A DNA stretch of 32,000 nt, taken from Vibrio vulnificus CMCP6. GTDB taxonomy: Bacteria; Pseudomonadota; Gammaproteobacteria; Enterobacterales; Vibrionaceae. The stretch lies in NCBI RefSeq assembly GCF_000039765.1, contig NC_004459.3:2834064-2866063 (forward strand), written 5' to 3'. Below the pieces are notes generated by a model. The model was not told where the DNA came from. It saw nothing but the letters and a program-made list of their open reading frames with translations, and made no database searches. Within the stretch, counting starts at the first letter, position 1; each line of letters starts with the position of its first letter. The position numbers were made by a program, and so were the translations under genes. Shown piece after piece: positions 8,298 to 17,654 of the stretch.

Positions 8298-8858
8298 ATG
8301 ACTCAAAGCTCAACACAACAAACCATTCATCAAGAAGTGAACCAATGGCTCAACGATGTGGTGATTGGTTTAAATCTCTGCCCATTTGCCGCCAAACCGC
8401 AGCGCAATCAGCAAATCAAAATCCACGTCAGTGATGCCGATAACGAAGAGTTGTTGCTGCAAGATATTCTCAGCTTGCTGATGGAGCTCGATCAAACGGA
8501 GCCCAGTAAGTTAGAAACCACGCTGGTTGTTATCCCTAACATGCTCAGTGATTTTTGGGATTACAATCTTTTCATCGATTGGGTAGAAGCCTTGATCAGA
8601 CAACAAGATTGGGAAGGCGTTTTCCAAGTGGCCACCTTCCATCCGGACTACTGTTTTGGTGGCGCCGAGCCAGAAGACGATGAAAACCTCACCAATCGAT
8701 CGCCTTATCCGATTTTTCATCTCATTCGGGAAGAAAGCATGGAAAAGGTGCTGCGCCATTACCCTGATCCTGAATCGATCCCTGACACCAACATTGCTCG
8801 TGTTTCAGCGCTCAATGAAGAAGAACGTAAAAAGCTATTCCCTTATCTTTTTCGCTAA
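8298..8858 (+). CDS. DUF1415-family protein
   Basis: 186 aa. The NLCPFAAKP motif near the N-terminus and FHPDY later are as I recall for DUF1415. Function is unknown. Confidence 0.65.
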   Translation: MTQSSTQQTIHQEVNQWLNDVVIGLNLCPFAAKPQRNQQIKIHVSDADNEELLLQDILSLLMELDQTEPSKLETTLVVIPNMLSDFWDYNLFIDWVEALIRQQDWEGVFQVATFHPDYCFGGAEPEDDENLTNRSPYPIFHLIREESMEKVLRHYPDPESIPDTNIARVSALNEEERKKLFPYLFR

Positions 8859-9006
8859 ACAGCAAGGGCAAAGAACATCAACCAAATCTGAGGCAGCGGC
8901 CATGCACACTGAACCACAAGTGACGCTGCTTCAATTGGCAAGGGGATAGAGCTTACCTCTAGGCTCTGGTATCATTCGCCCTTACGTAAAACTATTGGAA
9001 AAACAC

Positions 9007-9582
9007 ATGCAATTGTCTCAACTTACCCAAGACATTTTTGATCACCTGTACCGTGACATCACTGAGTTCCGTAGCACGTTTGATTTGCCTGTGGCTGCAC
9101 CTGAAAGCCTAGATGAAAAAGCGGACACGCTGCACACCTCTTTGATCATTGAAGAGATGACGGAGTTGGCAGAAGCGGATAGCAAAACAGAACAAGCAGA
9201 TGCGATTGTTGATTCGGTCTACGTGCTTATGGGTCGCCTAGTCCACCTTGGCGCGGCAAACGTTGAAGACAATCTTGATATCAGCTACTTGATTGATCTG
9301 CTGCTAAACGTCGCCAAAAATCGTGGTATCGACTTTATTCCATGCTGGGACGAAGTGCACTCAAGCAACATGAGCAAAGTGTGCCGCAATGAACAAGAAT
9401 ATGCCGACACTGAGAAGTTCTATGCAGAGCAAGGTGTTAAGTTGATGGCGGTGCAAAAAGGTGATTACCTGATTGCAAAATGTGCCGAAGATTTCGAAGG
9501 CGAAGGCAAAACGATTCGTGCTGGTAAGGTATTGAAATCGGTATACTACCGCCCTGCAGACTTGGCTCCACTGACTCAGTAA
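9007..9582 (+). CDS. MazG-like all-alpha nucleoside triphosphate pyrophosphohydrolase family protein
   Basis: An EExxE-type metal motif (LIIEEMTELAEA) and a second acidic helix (DAIVDSVYV) are present. The C-terminal SNMSK...GKVLKS..Y..P segment is typical of the COG4696-like group. The ATG at 9007 is preferred to the track's TTG at 8995. Confidence 0.65.
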   Translation: MQLSQLTQDIFDHLYRDITEFRSTFDLPVAAPESLDEKADTLHTSLIIEEMTELAEADSKTEQADAIVDSVYVLMGRLVHLGAANVEDNLDISYLIDLLLNVAKNRGIDFIPCWDEVHSSNMSKVCRNEQEYADTEKFYAEQGVKLMAVQKGDYLIAKCAEDFEGEGKTIRAGKVLKSVYYRPADLAPLTQ

Positions 9583-9638
9583 GCCATCTGTTCTCAGTTG
9601 GCCATCCGTTTTTAGCAAACCAACTGTTTGATGAAGCT

Positions 9639-9662
9639 AGCCCGCTAAGTGCGGGCTTTTTA
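9639..9662 (+). terminator. Rho-independent terminator
   Basis: AGCCCGC (9639-9645) pairs with GCGGGCT (9651-9657) across a 5-nt loop, followed by TTTTTAT. Confidence 0.8.
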
Positions 9663-9679
9663 TCGGCTTTCAATAAAAG

Positions 9680-10444
9680 CTAAGTGAAAATCAAATACGG
9701 CTGCCCGTCAACGGCCACTTTTTTCACTGGCGTTTCAAATACCTGTTGTAGATTTTCCACACTCATCACTTCGTCTGCGGAGCCATAAGCGGTTAACACG
9801 CCTTGGTTGAGCAACAACACCTTGTCCGCATGTTGATAAACACGATTGAGATCATGATTGGCGACAATCACCACCAAGCCTTGCGCAGCCATTTCATCGA
9901 TAAGTTGATACAACCACTTCGCTTGGGCAACATCCAGTGGCGCGGCAGGCTCATCCAAGATCAGCAATTGCGAGTAAGGATTTAGCGAGCGCCACACTTG
10001 CAAGCACACCGCAGCTAGACGCACGCGTTGCCATTCACCACCCGAGAGGGCCTGCACGCTACGATGCAACTTGTCTTGCATTTGCACCAACTCCACCACT
10101 CTACGCACAGCCGCTTGAACCTCTGGCTCAGCCACATGCCTTCCAACCGGTAACGAGAGCGCCAACATCTGAAACACATCGACGTTAAACGCCGGTCTCG
10201 ATTGCTGGCACAGGTAAGCCCGATAAATCGCTTGTTCCGCTAAAGGCAGCGTGAGTAAAGAGGTCTCGTTGATCAACACTTCCCCCTTGACTCCTTCACG
10301 CGAGCTCAGTGTGCCCGCAATGGCTGACAATAAGGTACTTTTTCCAGAACCGTTTGGGCCCGCGACATACACTTTTTCACCTGCAGCGCATTGAAAAGAC
10401 AGGGGTAAAAGCCGATTTCCGACACTAATATAATTAATGTGCAT
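9680..10444 (-). CDS. btuD: Vitamin B12 ABC importer ATP-binding protein
   Basis: Walker [10 protein letters not shown] and the BtuD-type signature [14 protein letters not shown] are present. The start overlaps the btuC stop by 11 nt. Confidence 0.9.
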   Translation of the reverse strand: MHINYISVGNRLLPLSFQCAAGEKVYVAGPNGSGKSTLLSAIAGTLSSREGVKGEVLINETSLLTLPLAEQAIYRAYLCQQSRPAFNVDVFQMLALSLPVGRHVAEPEVQAAVRRVVELVQMQDKLHRSVQALSGGEWQRVRLAAVCLQVWRSLNPYSQLLILDEPAAPLDVAQAKWLYQLIDEMAAQGLVVIVANHDLNRVYQHADKVLLLNQGVLTAYGSADEVMSVENLQQVFETPVKKVAVDGQPYLIFT

Positions 10445-11429
10445 CGTGGCTCCTTATCAGCATCCAGATAAAGATGGGCGCGCCAATGGTGGTGGTCATC
10501 ACCCCCAGCGGCAGCTCTGCCGAATCCAATAAGGTTCTTGCCCAAATATCAGAAAAGACCAGTAACGTCGCCCCGGCAAACGCCGACAGCGGCAACAAGA
10601 ATCGGTTTTCGGAACCAAATGCCATGCGCAGCAAATGAGGCACGACCAAACCAACAAAACTGATTATGCCGCCAAGGGCCACCGCACAGCCAATCAAGAT
10701 GGAGATCGCCAAAATCAGCCGCCAACGTACCTTGTGCACATCAACGCCCAGCTGCGCAGCGTGCGTTTCACCGAGCATCAGTTTGTCCAAGGTTTGCCCC
10801 TGCAGACAGAGCCAAACCAAGACCGGAAGCAACACGAGTGTCACCAGATGATGGTGCCAACTTGCCCCGCCAATGCTCCCCATTAGCCAATACATCAGTT
10901 GACGCAAACTGAGGTCGTCACTGAAATAAAAGGCCCAAGTGACAAACGCGCCCGACAAAATACCGAGCGCCACCCCCACGAGGAGCATTCTCGAGGTCGA
11001 CAAGTGCATCGCTCTTGCCATCCCCACCAAAATCAACGTAAAGACCAAGGCACCAATGATCGCTGCCAGCATAAACACCGTTGGCGTCGGCATCACTGGC
11101 AATAAAAAGAGCGCAATCACCATGGCCAAACTTGCCCCGCCGGAGATGCCTAACACACCAGGTTCAGCAAGCACATTGCCAAGCAAGACTTGTAACGTCG
11201 CCCCCGAGACCGCTAATGCCGCACCAATCACCATTGCCGCCACCAGTCGCGGCAGGCGCAGATCAACCAACAACTTGTGTTCAAAGCTGCTCAAGGAAGA
11301 AAACGGAGAAAGAAAGACTTCACCCACCATCAAATAGAGAGCAGAGAGAACCAAAAGCACAGCCAACATCACCAATAAGGTGGCTCGCCATCGCTTCTCT
11401 TTGTGGGCTATCAGTTGGTGCAGTTCCAT
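10434..11429 (-). CDS. btuC: Vitamin B12 ABC importer permease
   Basis: FecCD-family permease collinear with E. coli BtuC ([45 protein letters not shown]). The ATG at 11429 is preferred because the track's TTG at 11459 lies inside a terminator T-tract. Confidence 0.9.
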   Translation of the reverse strand: MELHQLIAHKEKRWRATLLVMLAVLLVLSALYLMVGEVFLSPFSSLSSFEHKLLVDLRLPRLVAAMVIGAALAVSGATLQVLLGNVLAEPGVLGISGGASLAMVIALFLLPVMPTPTVFMLAAIIGALVFTLILVGMARAMHLSTSRMLLVGVALGILSGAFVTWAFYFSDDLSLRQLMYWLMGSIGGASWHHHLVTLVLLPVLVWLCLQGQTLDKLMLGETHAAQLGVDVHKVRWRLILAISILIGCAVALGGIISFVGLVVPHLLRMAFGSENRFLLPLSAFAGATLLVFSDIWARTLLDSAELPLGVMTTTIGAPIFIWMLIRSHDAH

Positions 11430-11453
11430 GGGCAATGATTCAATTCGCTCGCT

Positions 11454-11484
11454 AAACAAAAGGCTTAACTCTAACGTTAAGCCT
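11454..11484 (-). terminator. Terminator-like hairpin between astE and btuC
   Basis: AGGCTTAAC (11461-11469) pairs with GTTAAGCCT (11476-11484) in a 9-bp stem. On the minus strand it is followed by TTTGTTT (11454-11460). Confidence 0.5.
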
Positions 11485-11547
11485 TTCAGAAATAAACCAT
11501 TAAACTCGCTCTCTTGTTGCTCTTAAGCAGCCAGAGAGCAAAAGAGC

Positions 11548-12576
11548 TTAATCGTAAACCAGTTGATCGTCTTCAAAACGGGCTTTGACCTCACAAACCA
11601 TTAGTGCGGCGCGTTGACCAATCGCCACGTTACGGTTAGGGAACACAATCGCTTCATTGTCATTCTTCGCCATCAACGGCTTATCACCATCGTGGCCAAA
11701 CACTTCACCGTGCATAAACGAGGTAAAGTTTTCCACTTGATCGTCAAATCTGAAATCGAAGTCTTGATGCAAACGAACAATGGTGCGGCTAACACGATAA
11801 GTAATGGCTGGCTTAGGCAAATGCTCTGGGGTCACTTCTGCGATTAAATCACGCATGGTCAAATCCAACGCCGTAAAGCGCTCTAACTCATTCTCACCAA
11901 TGCGAGCGACTCGGCCTAACTCCATCGTCAGTGCTTGAGCAGAATAGTATTCTGCACTAAACCAACTAAACGTACTGGATGGTGAGTTAGAGAGCAGCAA
12001 CGCTTCGACATGGCTGTGGTTGACAAAATCGACCAACGCTTTTGAACGTGTCGGATGGCGTGTTTTCGGACTGATCGCGAACGAATAGTGCTTCGACGCT
12101 CGTATCGCGCAATGCAAATCTAAGTGCCAACGGCTTTCTACGGGCGTATTATCGAAAAACGCTTTCACCAATAACTTCAGTTGATCGGCAATCACCAACT
12201 CTTTGCTTGGCTGATGCTCTTTTTCATCAAACAGACGGTTGAGGTTTTCTTCAATAAAACGCGTGTGCGCATTGGTCGCTTCTGGATGAGCGATGATAAA
12301 TAAACAACGCGCTTGCACATCTTGAAAGCCCGTTTCGATATCGTGAACAATCTTGTCAATCAGTTCCATCGGTGCGGTTTCATCACCGTGGATCCCTGAC
12401 GATAAAATGATATTTTTTGTTTCCGCGCTGTTGTTTGCCGGAATGACTTCTAACACACCACGCTGATGCAGCTGCAATCTTACCCCATTGCTTAACGTCG
12501 TCGCTTTCGCCTCGACAGATTGCTGCATATTTAGGGTGTCTGACAAAAACGATTGGCGAAAGAGAGAATTCGTCAT
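11548..12576 (-). CDS. astE: Succinylglutamate desuccinylase (AstE/aspartoacylase zinc-amidohydrolase family)
   Basis: 342 aa. Matches to E. coli AstE include SSGIHGDETAP (zinc site), WHLDLHCAIR and ALTMELG. Strong SD (AAGGAGTAACGC-ATG). Confidence 0.85.
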   Translation of the reverse strand: MTNSLFRQSFLSDTLNMQQSVEAKATTLSNGVRLQLHQRGVLEVIPANNSAETKNIILSSGIHGDETAPMELIDKIVHDIETGFQDVQARCLFIIAHPEATNAHTRFIEENLNRLFDEKEHQPSKELVIADQLKLLVKAFFDNTPVESRWHLDLHCAIRASKHYSFAISPKTRHPTRSKALVDFVNHSHVEALLLSNSPSSTFSWFSAEYYSAQALTMELGRVARIGENELERFTALDLTMRDLIAEVTPEHLPKPAITYRVSRTIVRLHQDFDFRFDDQVENFTSFMHGEVFGHDGDKPLMAKNDNEAIVFPNRNVAIGQRAALMVCEVKARFEDDQLVYD

Positions 12577-12758
12577 GCGTTACTCCTTAATTGCACGGCG
12601 GTATGTTAATAAAATGTACACAACATTTATGTTGCTAGGATCTCACTTATCAAGAGAAATCGAAGTTTTCACCGCAAAAAGCCAAGAATTGCGTTCATTC
12701 TGGACGATTTGCTGACTGAGATCACCGTCACCGAACACTTCTTAAACAATAACAGTAT

Positions 12759-12789
12759 GTTAGGGAGTGAACTCTACCACATCCCTAAC
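12759..12789 (-). terminator. Candidate terminator of the cob-pepF transcription unit
   Basis: GTTAGGGA (12759-12766) pairs with TCCCTAAC (12782-12789) in an 8-bp stem with a 15-nt loop, 30 nt after the pepF stop. The downstream minus-strand tract (ATACTGTTATTGTTT) is only moderately U-rich. Confidence 0.45.
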
Positions 12790-12818
12790 CATTTCCGTTA
12801 TAACAAGATCACGGAATT

Positions 12819-14618
12819 TTATTTTCCGATCTGCACCAATAGTTGTTCAAATTCATCCACTTTTTCACGGATACGTTCGATGCTCTGTTGCCAGAAATCC
12901 GCTTGCGTCAGATCCATTTGCAGATGCTGCGCGACCACCTCTTCCGCCATCATCGCCCCTGTATCTCGCAGCAAAGCGACGTAATCACGATAGAAAGACT
13001 CTCCCTTTGCCGCACGCTGAGCGTAGATGCCTTTCGAGAAAAGGTAACCAAACAAATAGGGGTAGTTGTAGAAACTGATTTCTGAAATCGAGAAATGAAG
13101 TTTGCTGGCCCAGAAATAGGGATCGGATTCTGACATTGAATCGCCATACCACGCTTGCCAAGTTTCACTCATCAACAGGCAAATATCATCCGCCGACAAT
13201 TCACCGCTGGCACGACGCTCATAGAACGCTTTTTCAAATTCGTAACGTACAGGAATATTGATGGTGAGCGCGTAAGCAGAAGAGAGCTCTTCCCACAACA
13301 TTTCCAGTTTCTCTTCAGCGGTGACGGCTTGTGCAATCAGGTAATCCTGAACAATGTTCTCCGCAAAAATAGACGCCGTTTCTGCCAGCGTCATTGGGTA
13401 ACGCGTTTGACAAAGGGGCATGTCTTTCATCACCCAGTTGTGGAACGCGTGCCCGAGTTCATGGGCCAAAGTCAGCAAATCCGAACGGCTGCCCGACCAA
13501 GTCATAAACACCAGCGGTGTACGGGTGGCCGCTAGTTTAGTGCAGTACGCACCGAGGCGTTTATTTTCCGAAGGCGCAGCATCAATCCAGCCATTTTCCA
13601 CCATGAGGTCAACAAAGCTTGCCATCTCTGGGTTGACTTGTGCAAACGCATTGCGGATCAGTTCAATCGCTTCATCAAAGCCATACACTTTGGCCTCGCC
13701 ATCAAACGCTGGCATTGCGGCCAAGTGATTCCAAGGCTTCATTGCCTCTAAGCCATGCACACGCGCCATTAGCTTCCCCGCCTTCTGGCCAACCGAGCGA
13801 CTTTCCTTTGCCACAGAGATCATGGTTTCTAAGGTCTGAGCCTCAATACGGCTCTCATAAAGGCTTGGCTCTAAGAAGTGGATATTGCGTTGGTGCGAGC
13901 GCTTTTGGTATTCGGTTAAACGCCAGCCAGAAAGCGCATTCAAAATTGCCGCAAAGGTTTCACGATGTGTTGCCATTGCGTTTTGAATCCCACGCCACGC
14001 GGGTTCTTGACGAGAGAACTCGGCCCCATAAAGCAAACTGGCGGCTTGAGAAAAGCCAAGCGTTTCTTGTGTGCCATCTTCAGCATCTAGGGTGATTTTT
14101 AAGGTGCCAGTCAGGTTGTCGTAGAGACGGCCCCAACCATCGCGCCCGTCCACCTGCATCGCAGAAAGTAGTTGTTCCTCAGACACACTCAAGCTTTGAT
14201 CCGCCAGCTTACGCAGCTGAGCAATGGAAAATACTTGACCAGCCACATCGGGATTATTGCTCTCTAAAACGTCGGCGATGAAATCGTCATCTGCGTGCAT
14301 TAGCGCCAGTTGGTATGGGCTAAATGCCTGTTCCATTTCAGAACTTAGCTTGGCCATGCGTCCAACCAAAGCTTTGGCCTGAGGATGAGTCACATCCACC
14401 GAGGTATAACAGTTGGCAAAGGTGTAAACCGTCGAAAGTAAACGCCCTGCGGCTTCTCGGGTGACGATGGCATTTTGCATCACGCTCACCACTTCACGCT
14501 GTGACGCTTGTGTATTGAGCAGTTTGATGCACTGTTCGATCAGTTCGATATCTTGTTCGATACGAACATCGTTTAAATCTGCATAGGCAATAGAAAGATC
14601 CCAGCTTGGCGCGGTCAT
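12819..14618 (-). CDS. pepF: M3B oligoendopeptidase F family metallopeptidase
   Basis: 599 aa. Zinc motif HELGHAFH with the downstream third ligand in ETASIFAE. Length and layout are typical of PepF. AAGGAA SD; the start lies 24 nt after the cobC stop. Confidence 0.85.
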   Translation of the reverse strand: MTAPSWDLSIAYADLNDVRIEQDIELIEQCIKLLNTQASQREVVSVMQNAIVTREAAGRLLSTVYTFANCYTSVDVTHPQAKALVGRMAKLSSEMEQAFSPYQLALMHADDDFIADVLESNNPDVAGQVFSIAQLRKLADQSLSVSEEQLLSAMQVDGRDGWGRLYDNLTGTLKITLDAEDGTQETLGFSQAASLLYGAEFSRQEPAWRGIQNAMATHRETFAAILNALSGWRLTEYQKRSHQRNIHFLEPSLYESRIEAQTLETMISVAKESRSVGQKAGKLMARVHGLEAMKPWNHLAAMPAFDGEAKVYGFDEAIELIRNAFAQVNPEMASFVDLMVENGWIDAAPSENKRLGAYCTKLAATRTPLVFMTWSGSRSDLLTLAHELGHAFHNWVMKDMPLCQTRYPMTLAETASIFAENIVQDYLIAQAVTAEEKLEMLWEELSSAYALTINIPVRYEFEKAFYERRASGELSADDICLLMSETWQAWYGDSMSESDPYFWASKLHFSISEISFYNYPYLFGYLFSKGIYAQRAAKGESFYRDYVALLRDTGAMMAEEVVAQHLQMDLTQADFWQQSIERIREKVDEFEQLLVQIGK

Positions 14619-14642
14619 TCTGTGTTCCTTATGAATCTGTGA

Positions 14643-15281
14643 CTAATCGACTGGATGATTCGTCTGTTCTTCCCTGATAGAGAGAGGCATCCCGATCATT
14701 TTGACTGTCGGAAACTGCGTTTGGTCACTATCGGTAAAAATCGTTATGTGTGTCAGACTTGCGTTCTCAATGGCCAAGTTTTGATACCAGTGAGGGCTTT
14801 GCCAGTCTACACCCAAAAGGTGAGCTAAGATAAGTCGAATTACACCACCATGAGTGATGATTAACACTTTGCGATGTTCTGCGCTGATGATTTGCGACCA
14901 GCACTGCACTACCCTTTGCTGAAATTCAGCCAACGTCTCGCCCTCTGGCAAAGAGGCATTGGCAGGGTCTTGCCAAAAGGCGTTGAGGAGAGGCCACAGA
15001 TAGTCTTGAGTATCAAAAGGCACTCCGTCTAACAAACCAAAGTCCATCTCTTGCAGGTCTGCTTGCAATTGAATTGGCCAATGGTGTTGTTGACCCAGCA
15101 ACTCAGCCAAGTCATGGCATCGAGAGAGAGGCGAGCTCACGATGAGTTCAACATCGTCATGCTGAGCGAACAACGCTTCGGCAATCGCTTGCTGACGATC
15201 CGCCGGTACCTTGGCATCGGTTCGGCCAAATAAACCCGCTTCCGCTGCTGTTTTGCCATGACGCAGTAAGATCACTTCCAT
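14643..15281 (-). CDS. cobC: Alpha-ribazole-5'-phosphate phosphatase (histidine phosphatase family)
   Basis: N-terminal RHGKT catalytic motif and a C-terminal THGGVIR motif. The gene lies immediately after cobU. Confidence 0.8.
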   Translation of the reverse strand: MEVILLRHGKTAAEAGLFGRTDAKVPADRQQAIAEALFAQHDDVELIVSSPLSRCHDLAELLGQQHHWPIQLQADLQEMDFGLLDGVPFDTQDYLWPLLNAFWQDPANASLPEGETLAEFQQRVVQCWSQIISAEHRKVLIITHGGVIRLILAHLLGVDWQSPHWYQNLAIENASLTHITIFTDSDQTQFPTVKMIGMPLSIREEQTNHPVD

Positions 15282-15290
15282 CGTATTTCC

Positions 15291-15851
15291 CTATTGATGA
15301 CCACTCGATTTCAGTATGAGGGGTAACCCCGCCGCGACAAGAGTGACGTTGTCACAAATCTTGGCAAGTGATTGATTCATACGACCGGCATTATCCACAA
15401 ATAGGCGGCTGATTTGCCCTAAAGGCACCACGCCTAACCCCACTTCATTGGAGACCAAAATGATCTGCGCTGGGCTTTCTTTCACAACGGATGCCAACTG
15501 GGCAACCTTTTGCTCCAGTTTTTCGTTGCTCGCTTGCTCACCAAACTCAAACAGCCAGTTATTGAGCCACACCGTTAAACAATCCACCAGCACCACATCA
15601 TCAGCACCAAACTGCGAGAGCCGCTCTGCTAAGTACAGCGGCGCTTCATGTTCACACCAACCTTGTCCACGTTGCTGTTGGTGATGGTGAATTCGCTCTG
15701 CCATTTCTTGATCAAAAGGCACCGCAGTGGCGACGTAGTGGCATTTTGCATCATGTTGTTGAGACCATTGCCGCGCAAGCTGTTCAGCAAAACGAGATTT
15801 ACCCGAGCGAGCCCCACCCAACACCAGCGCTTTGTTGGTTGAATAACTCAT
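15291..15851 (-). CDS. cobU: Bifunctional adenosylcobinamide kinase / adenosylcobinamide-phosphate guanylyltransferase
   Basis: P-loop LGGARSGKSRFAE as in Salmonella CobU. The ATG at 15851 (MSYSTNK) lies 2 nt after the cobS stop. The track's longer ORF to 15959 would overlap cobS by about 100 nt. Confidence 0.9.
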   Translation of the reverse strand: MSYSTNKALVLGGARSGKSRFAEQLARQWSQQHDAKCHYVATAVPFDQEMAERIHHHQQQRGQGWCEHEAPLYLAERLSQFGADDVVLVDCLTVWLNNWLFEFGEQASNEKLEQKVAQLASVVKESPAQIILVSNEVGLGVVPLGQISRLFVDNAGRMNQSLAKICDNVTLVAAGLPLILKSSGHQ

Positions 15852-15853
15852 CG

Positions 15854-16621
15854 TCACTGCACCACCGCAATCAGAACCAAATAAATGCCGAGTTCCATCA
15901 ATTGTTGAGCCCCGCCCAAGCAATCTCCGGTAAACCCGCCCAAACGCGCCAGCAGCCAACGTTTGAATGCCCAGCGGAAGAGGATCGCAAATAAAATCAA
16001 TAGCAAACCAACACCTAGCCCTAAGCTGATTGCCGCTAATACCCCCGTGAGGATCAGTATCGCCAGCTCCGTGGAGGATTGTGCATTCGCCAATGGCTTG
16101 CTTTTACTGGTATCGCTGTCAGAGACATAAGGCATGTCGTAAATCAGTGTGGCGGCAACGGCTCGGCTCAAGGTGTAGGCGACAACAATCATCAAGCCAA
16201 AGTCAGGTTGACGTGCCAACGTGGTGAGAAAAACGAACTTACCTATCAGCGCCATGGTTAATGTGGCGCTGCCATAGGTTCCGATACGACTGTCCTTCAT
16301 AATGGTGAGGCGTTTGTCGAGCGTCATCCCTCCACCAATGCCATCCGCCATGTCAGTGAGTCCATCTTCATGGAAGGCGCCTGTCAGCAGTAAGCTAAAC
16401 GCCATCATCAGGACAATCGCCACCTGATAAGGGAAAAACAGCGATGCAAACGCATAAACCAGTACGCACAGTAAGCCAAGCAACGTACCGACTAAAGCAA
16501 AGTAACGCCCAGCCTGATTCATTCTTTCATCACTATACGGTGTTGATTTCGGCACAGGCAAACGGCTAAAAAAGCTCACCGCCAAACAAAACAATTGGTA
16601 CTGATACTGCCAGGTTTTCAT
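15854..16621 (-). CDS. cobS: Adenosylcobinamide-GDP ribazoletransferase (cobalamin synthase)
   Basis: 255-aa polytopic membrane protein. The N-terminal FFSRLPVP motif and GLTDMADG are typical of CobS. The start lies 1 nt after the cobT stop. Confidence 0.9.
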   Translation of the reverse strand: MKTWQYQYQLFCLAVSFFSRLPVPKSTPYSDERMNQAGRYFALVGTLLGLLCVLVYAFASLFFPYQVAIVLMMAFSLLLTGAFHEDGLTDMADGIGGGMTLDKRLTIMKDSRIGTYGSATLTMALIGKFVFLTTLARQPDFGLMIVVAYTLSRAVAATLIYDMPYVSDSDTSKSKPLANAQSSTELAILILTGVLAAISLGLGVGLLLILFAILFRWAFKRWLLARLGGFTGDCLGGAQQLMELGIYLVLIAVVQ

Positions 16622-16622
16622 A

Positions 16623-17651
16623 TCAAACCGTTACTCCTGCGCTTTCGAAGCTTGCCATATTGTTGTAAAACTGCGCCGCCGCTTTTAATAGTGGGTACGC
16701 CAGTGCAGCTCCCGTTCCTTCACCAAGACGCAGCCCCAAATCCAACAAAGGCTTCGCTTCAAGGAGTGACAACACAATTTGGTGCCCTTGTTCTTCGGAG
16801 CGATGAGCGAACAACAAGTAGTCTCTCACCTCCGGTTTCAGCAACGTCGCGATATAGGCCGCGACCGAAACAATAAAACCGTCCACTAGCACTGGGGTTT
16901 TATGCTCAGCCGCAGCGATAAACGCGCCAGCCATGGTCACGATCTCAAACCCGCCGACTTCAGCGAGGATCGCATTAACCGATAGACCTTCACAGCGCCC
17001 CACGCCTTGCGCCACGACTTTAATTTTGTGCGACAGTTGCTCTTCATTAATGCCCGTACCTCTGCCGACACAGTGATCCACTTCGTGGCCAGATAACGCA
17101 CTGAGCAGCGCCGCGGCAGAGCTGGTGTTGGCAATGCCCATCTCGCCAAACATCAATAAATCTGCGCCTTGAGCGATTTTCTCTGCCGCTATTTGTTGAC
17201 CATTGCGCAAAGCTTGTTCGACTTGCTCAATCGTCATGGCCGACTCAAACGCAAAGTTGGCGGTGCGTGAGCCCAAACGACGTAAGATGAGATTCGGGGC
17301 GTCACTGTCGACAGGCAACAAAATGCCACAATCAACCACCGTCAGGTCGATGCTATGAAGCGCGCAAAAGCAGTTTATCGCCGCGCCACCTGCGAGAAAA
17401 TTCAATACCATTTGTTGTGTCACCGCACTCGGTGCGATGCTCACCCCTTCATCCGCGACACCGTGGTCACCGGCAAAAAGCAGCATCTGCGGCTGCTTGA
17501 GCTCAATATGCGTTGCCGCTTGCTCTTTACCTTGGCTTTGGATGAGTGCCAATTGTAAGGCGACTTGCTCGAGTTGCCCCAGTGCGCCTAGCGGTTTGGT
17601 TTTGTTGTCGATGATGTGCTGGATCTCAGCGGCAAATTGTTGCTCTAACAT
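16623..17651 (-). CDS. cobT: Nicotinate-nucleotide--dimethylbenzimidazole phosphoribosyltransferase
   Basis: 342 aa. Motifs [33 protein letters not shown] and GEGTGAALA match CobT. Confidence 0.92.
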   Translation of the reverse strand: MLEQQFAAEIQHIIDNKTKPLGALGQLEQVALQLALIQSQGKEQAATHIELKQPQMLLFAGDHGVADEGVSIAPSAVTQQMVLNFLAGGAAINCFCALHSIDLTVVDCGILLPVDSDAPNLILRRLGSRTANFAFESAMTIEQVEQALRNGQQIAAEKIAQGADLLMFGEMGIANTSSAAALLSALSGHEVDHCVGRGTGINEEQLSHKIKVVAQGVGRCEGLSVNAILAEVGGFEIVTMAGAFIAAAEHKTPVLVDGFIVSVAAYIATLLKPEVRDYLLFAHRSEEQGHQIVLSLLEAKPLLDLGLRLGEGTGAALAYPLLKAAAQFYNNMASFESAGVTV

Positions 17652-17654
17652 AAC

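Noticed and set aside
8903-8950. 15-codon ORF (MHTEPQVTLLQLARG) and a long-range GCAGCG/CGCTGC pairing in the DUF1415-MazG spacer
   Set aside because: There is no SD and the length is compatible with chance. The hairpin has a 27-nt loop and no U-tract.
12674-12685. Sigma-54-like TTGGC-N-TTGC element (minus strand) upstream of astE
   Set aside because: The GG-to-GC spacing is about 7 nt rather than the required 10, so it is not a -24/-12 promoter.
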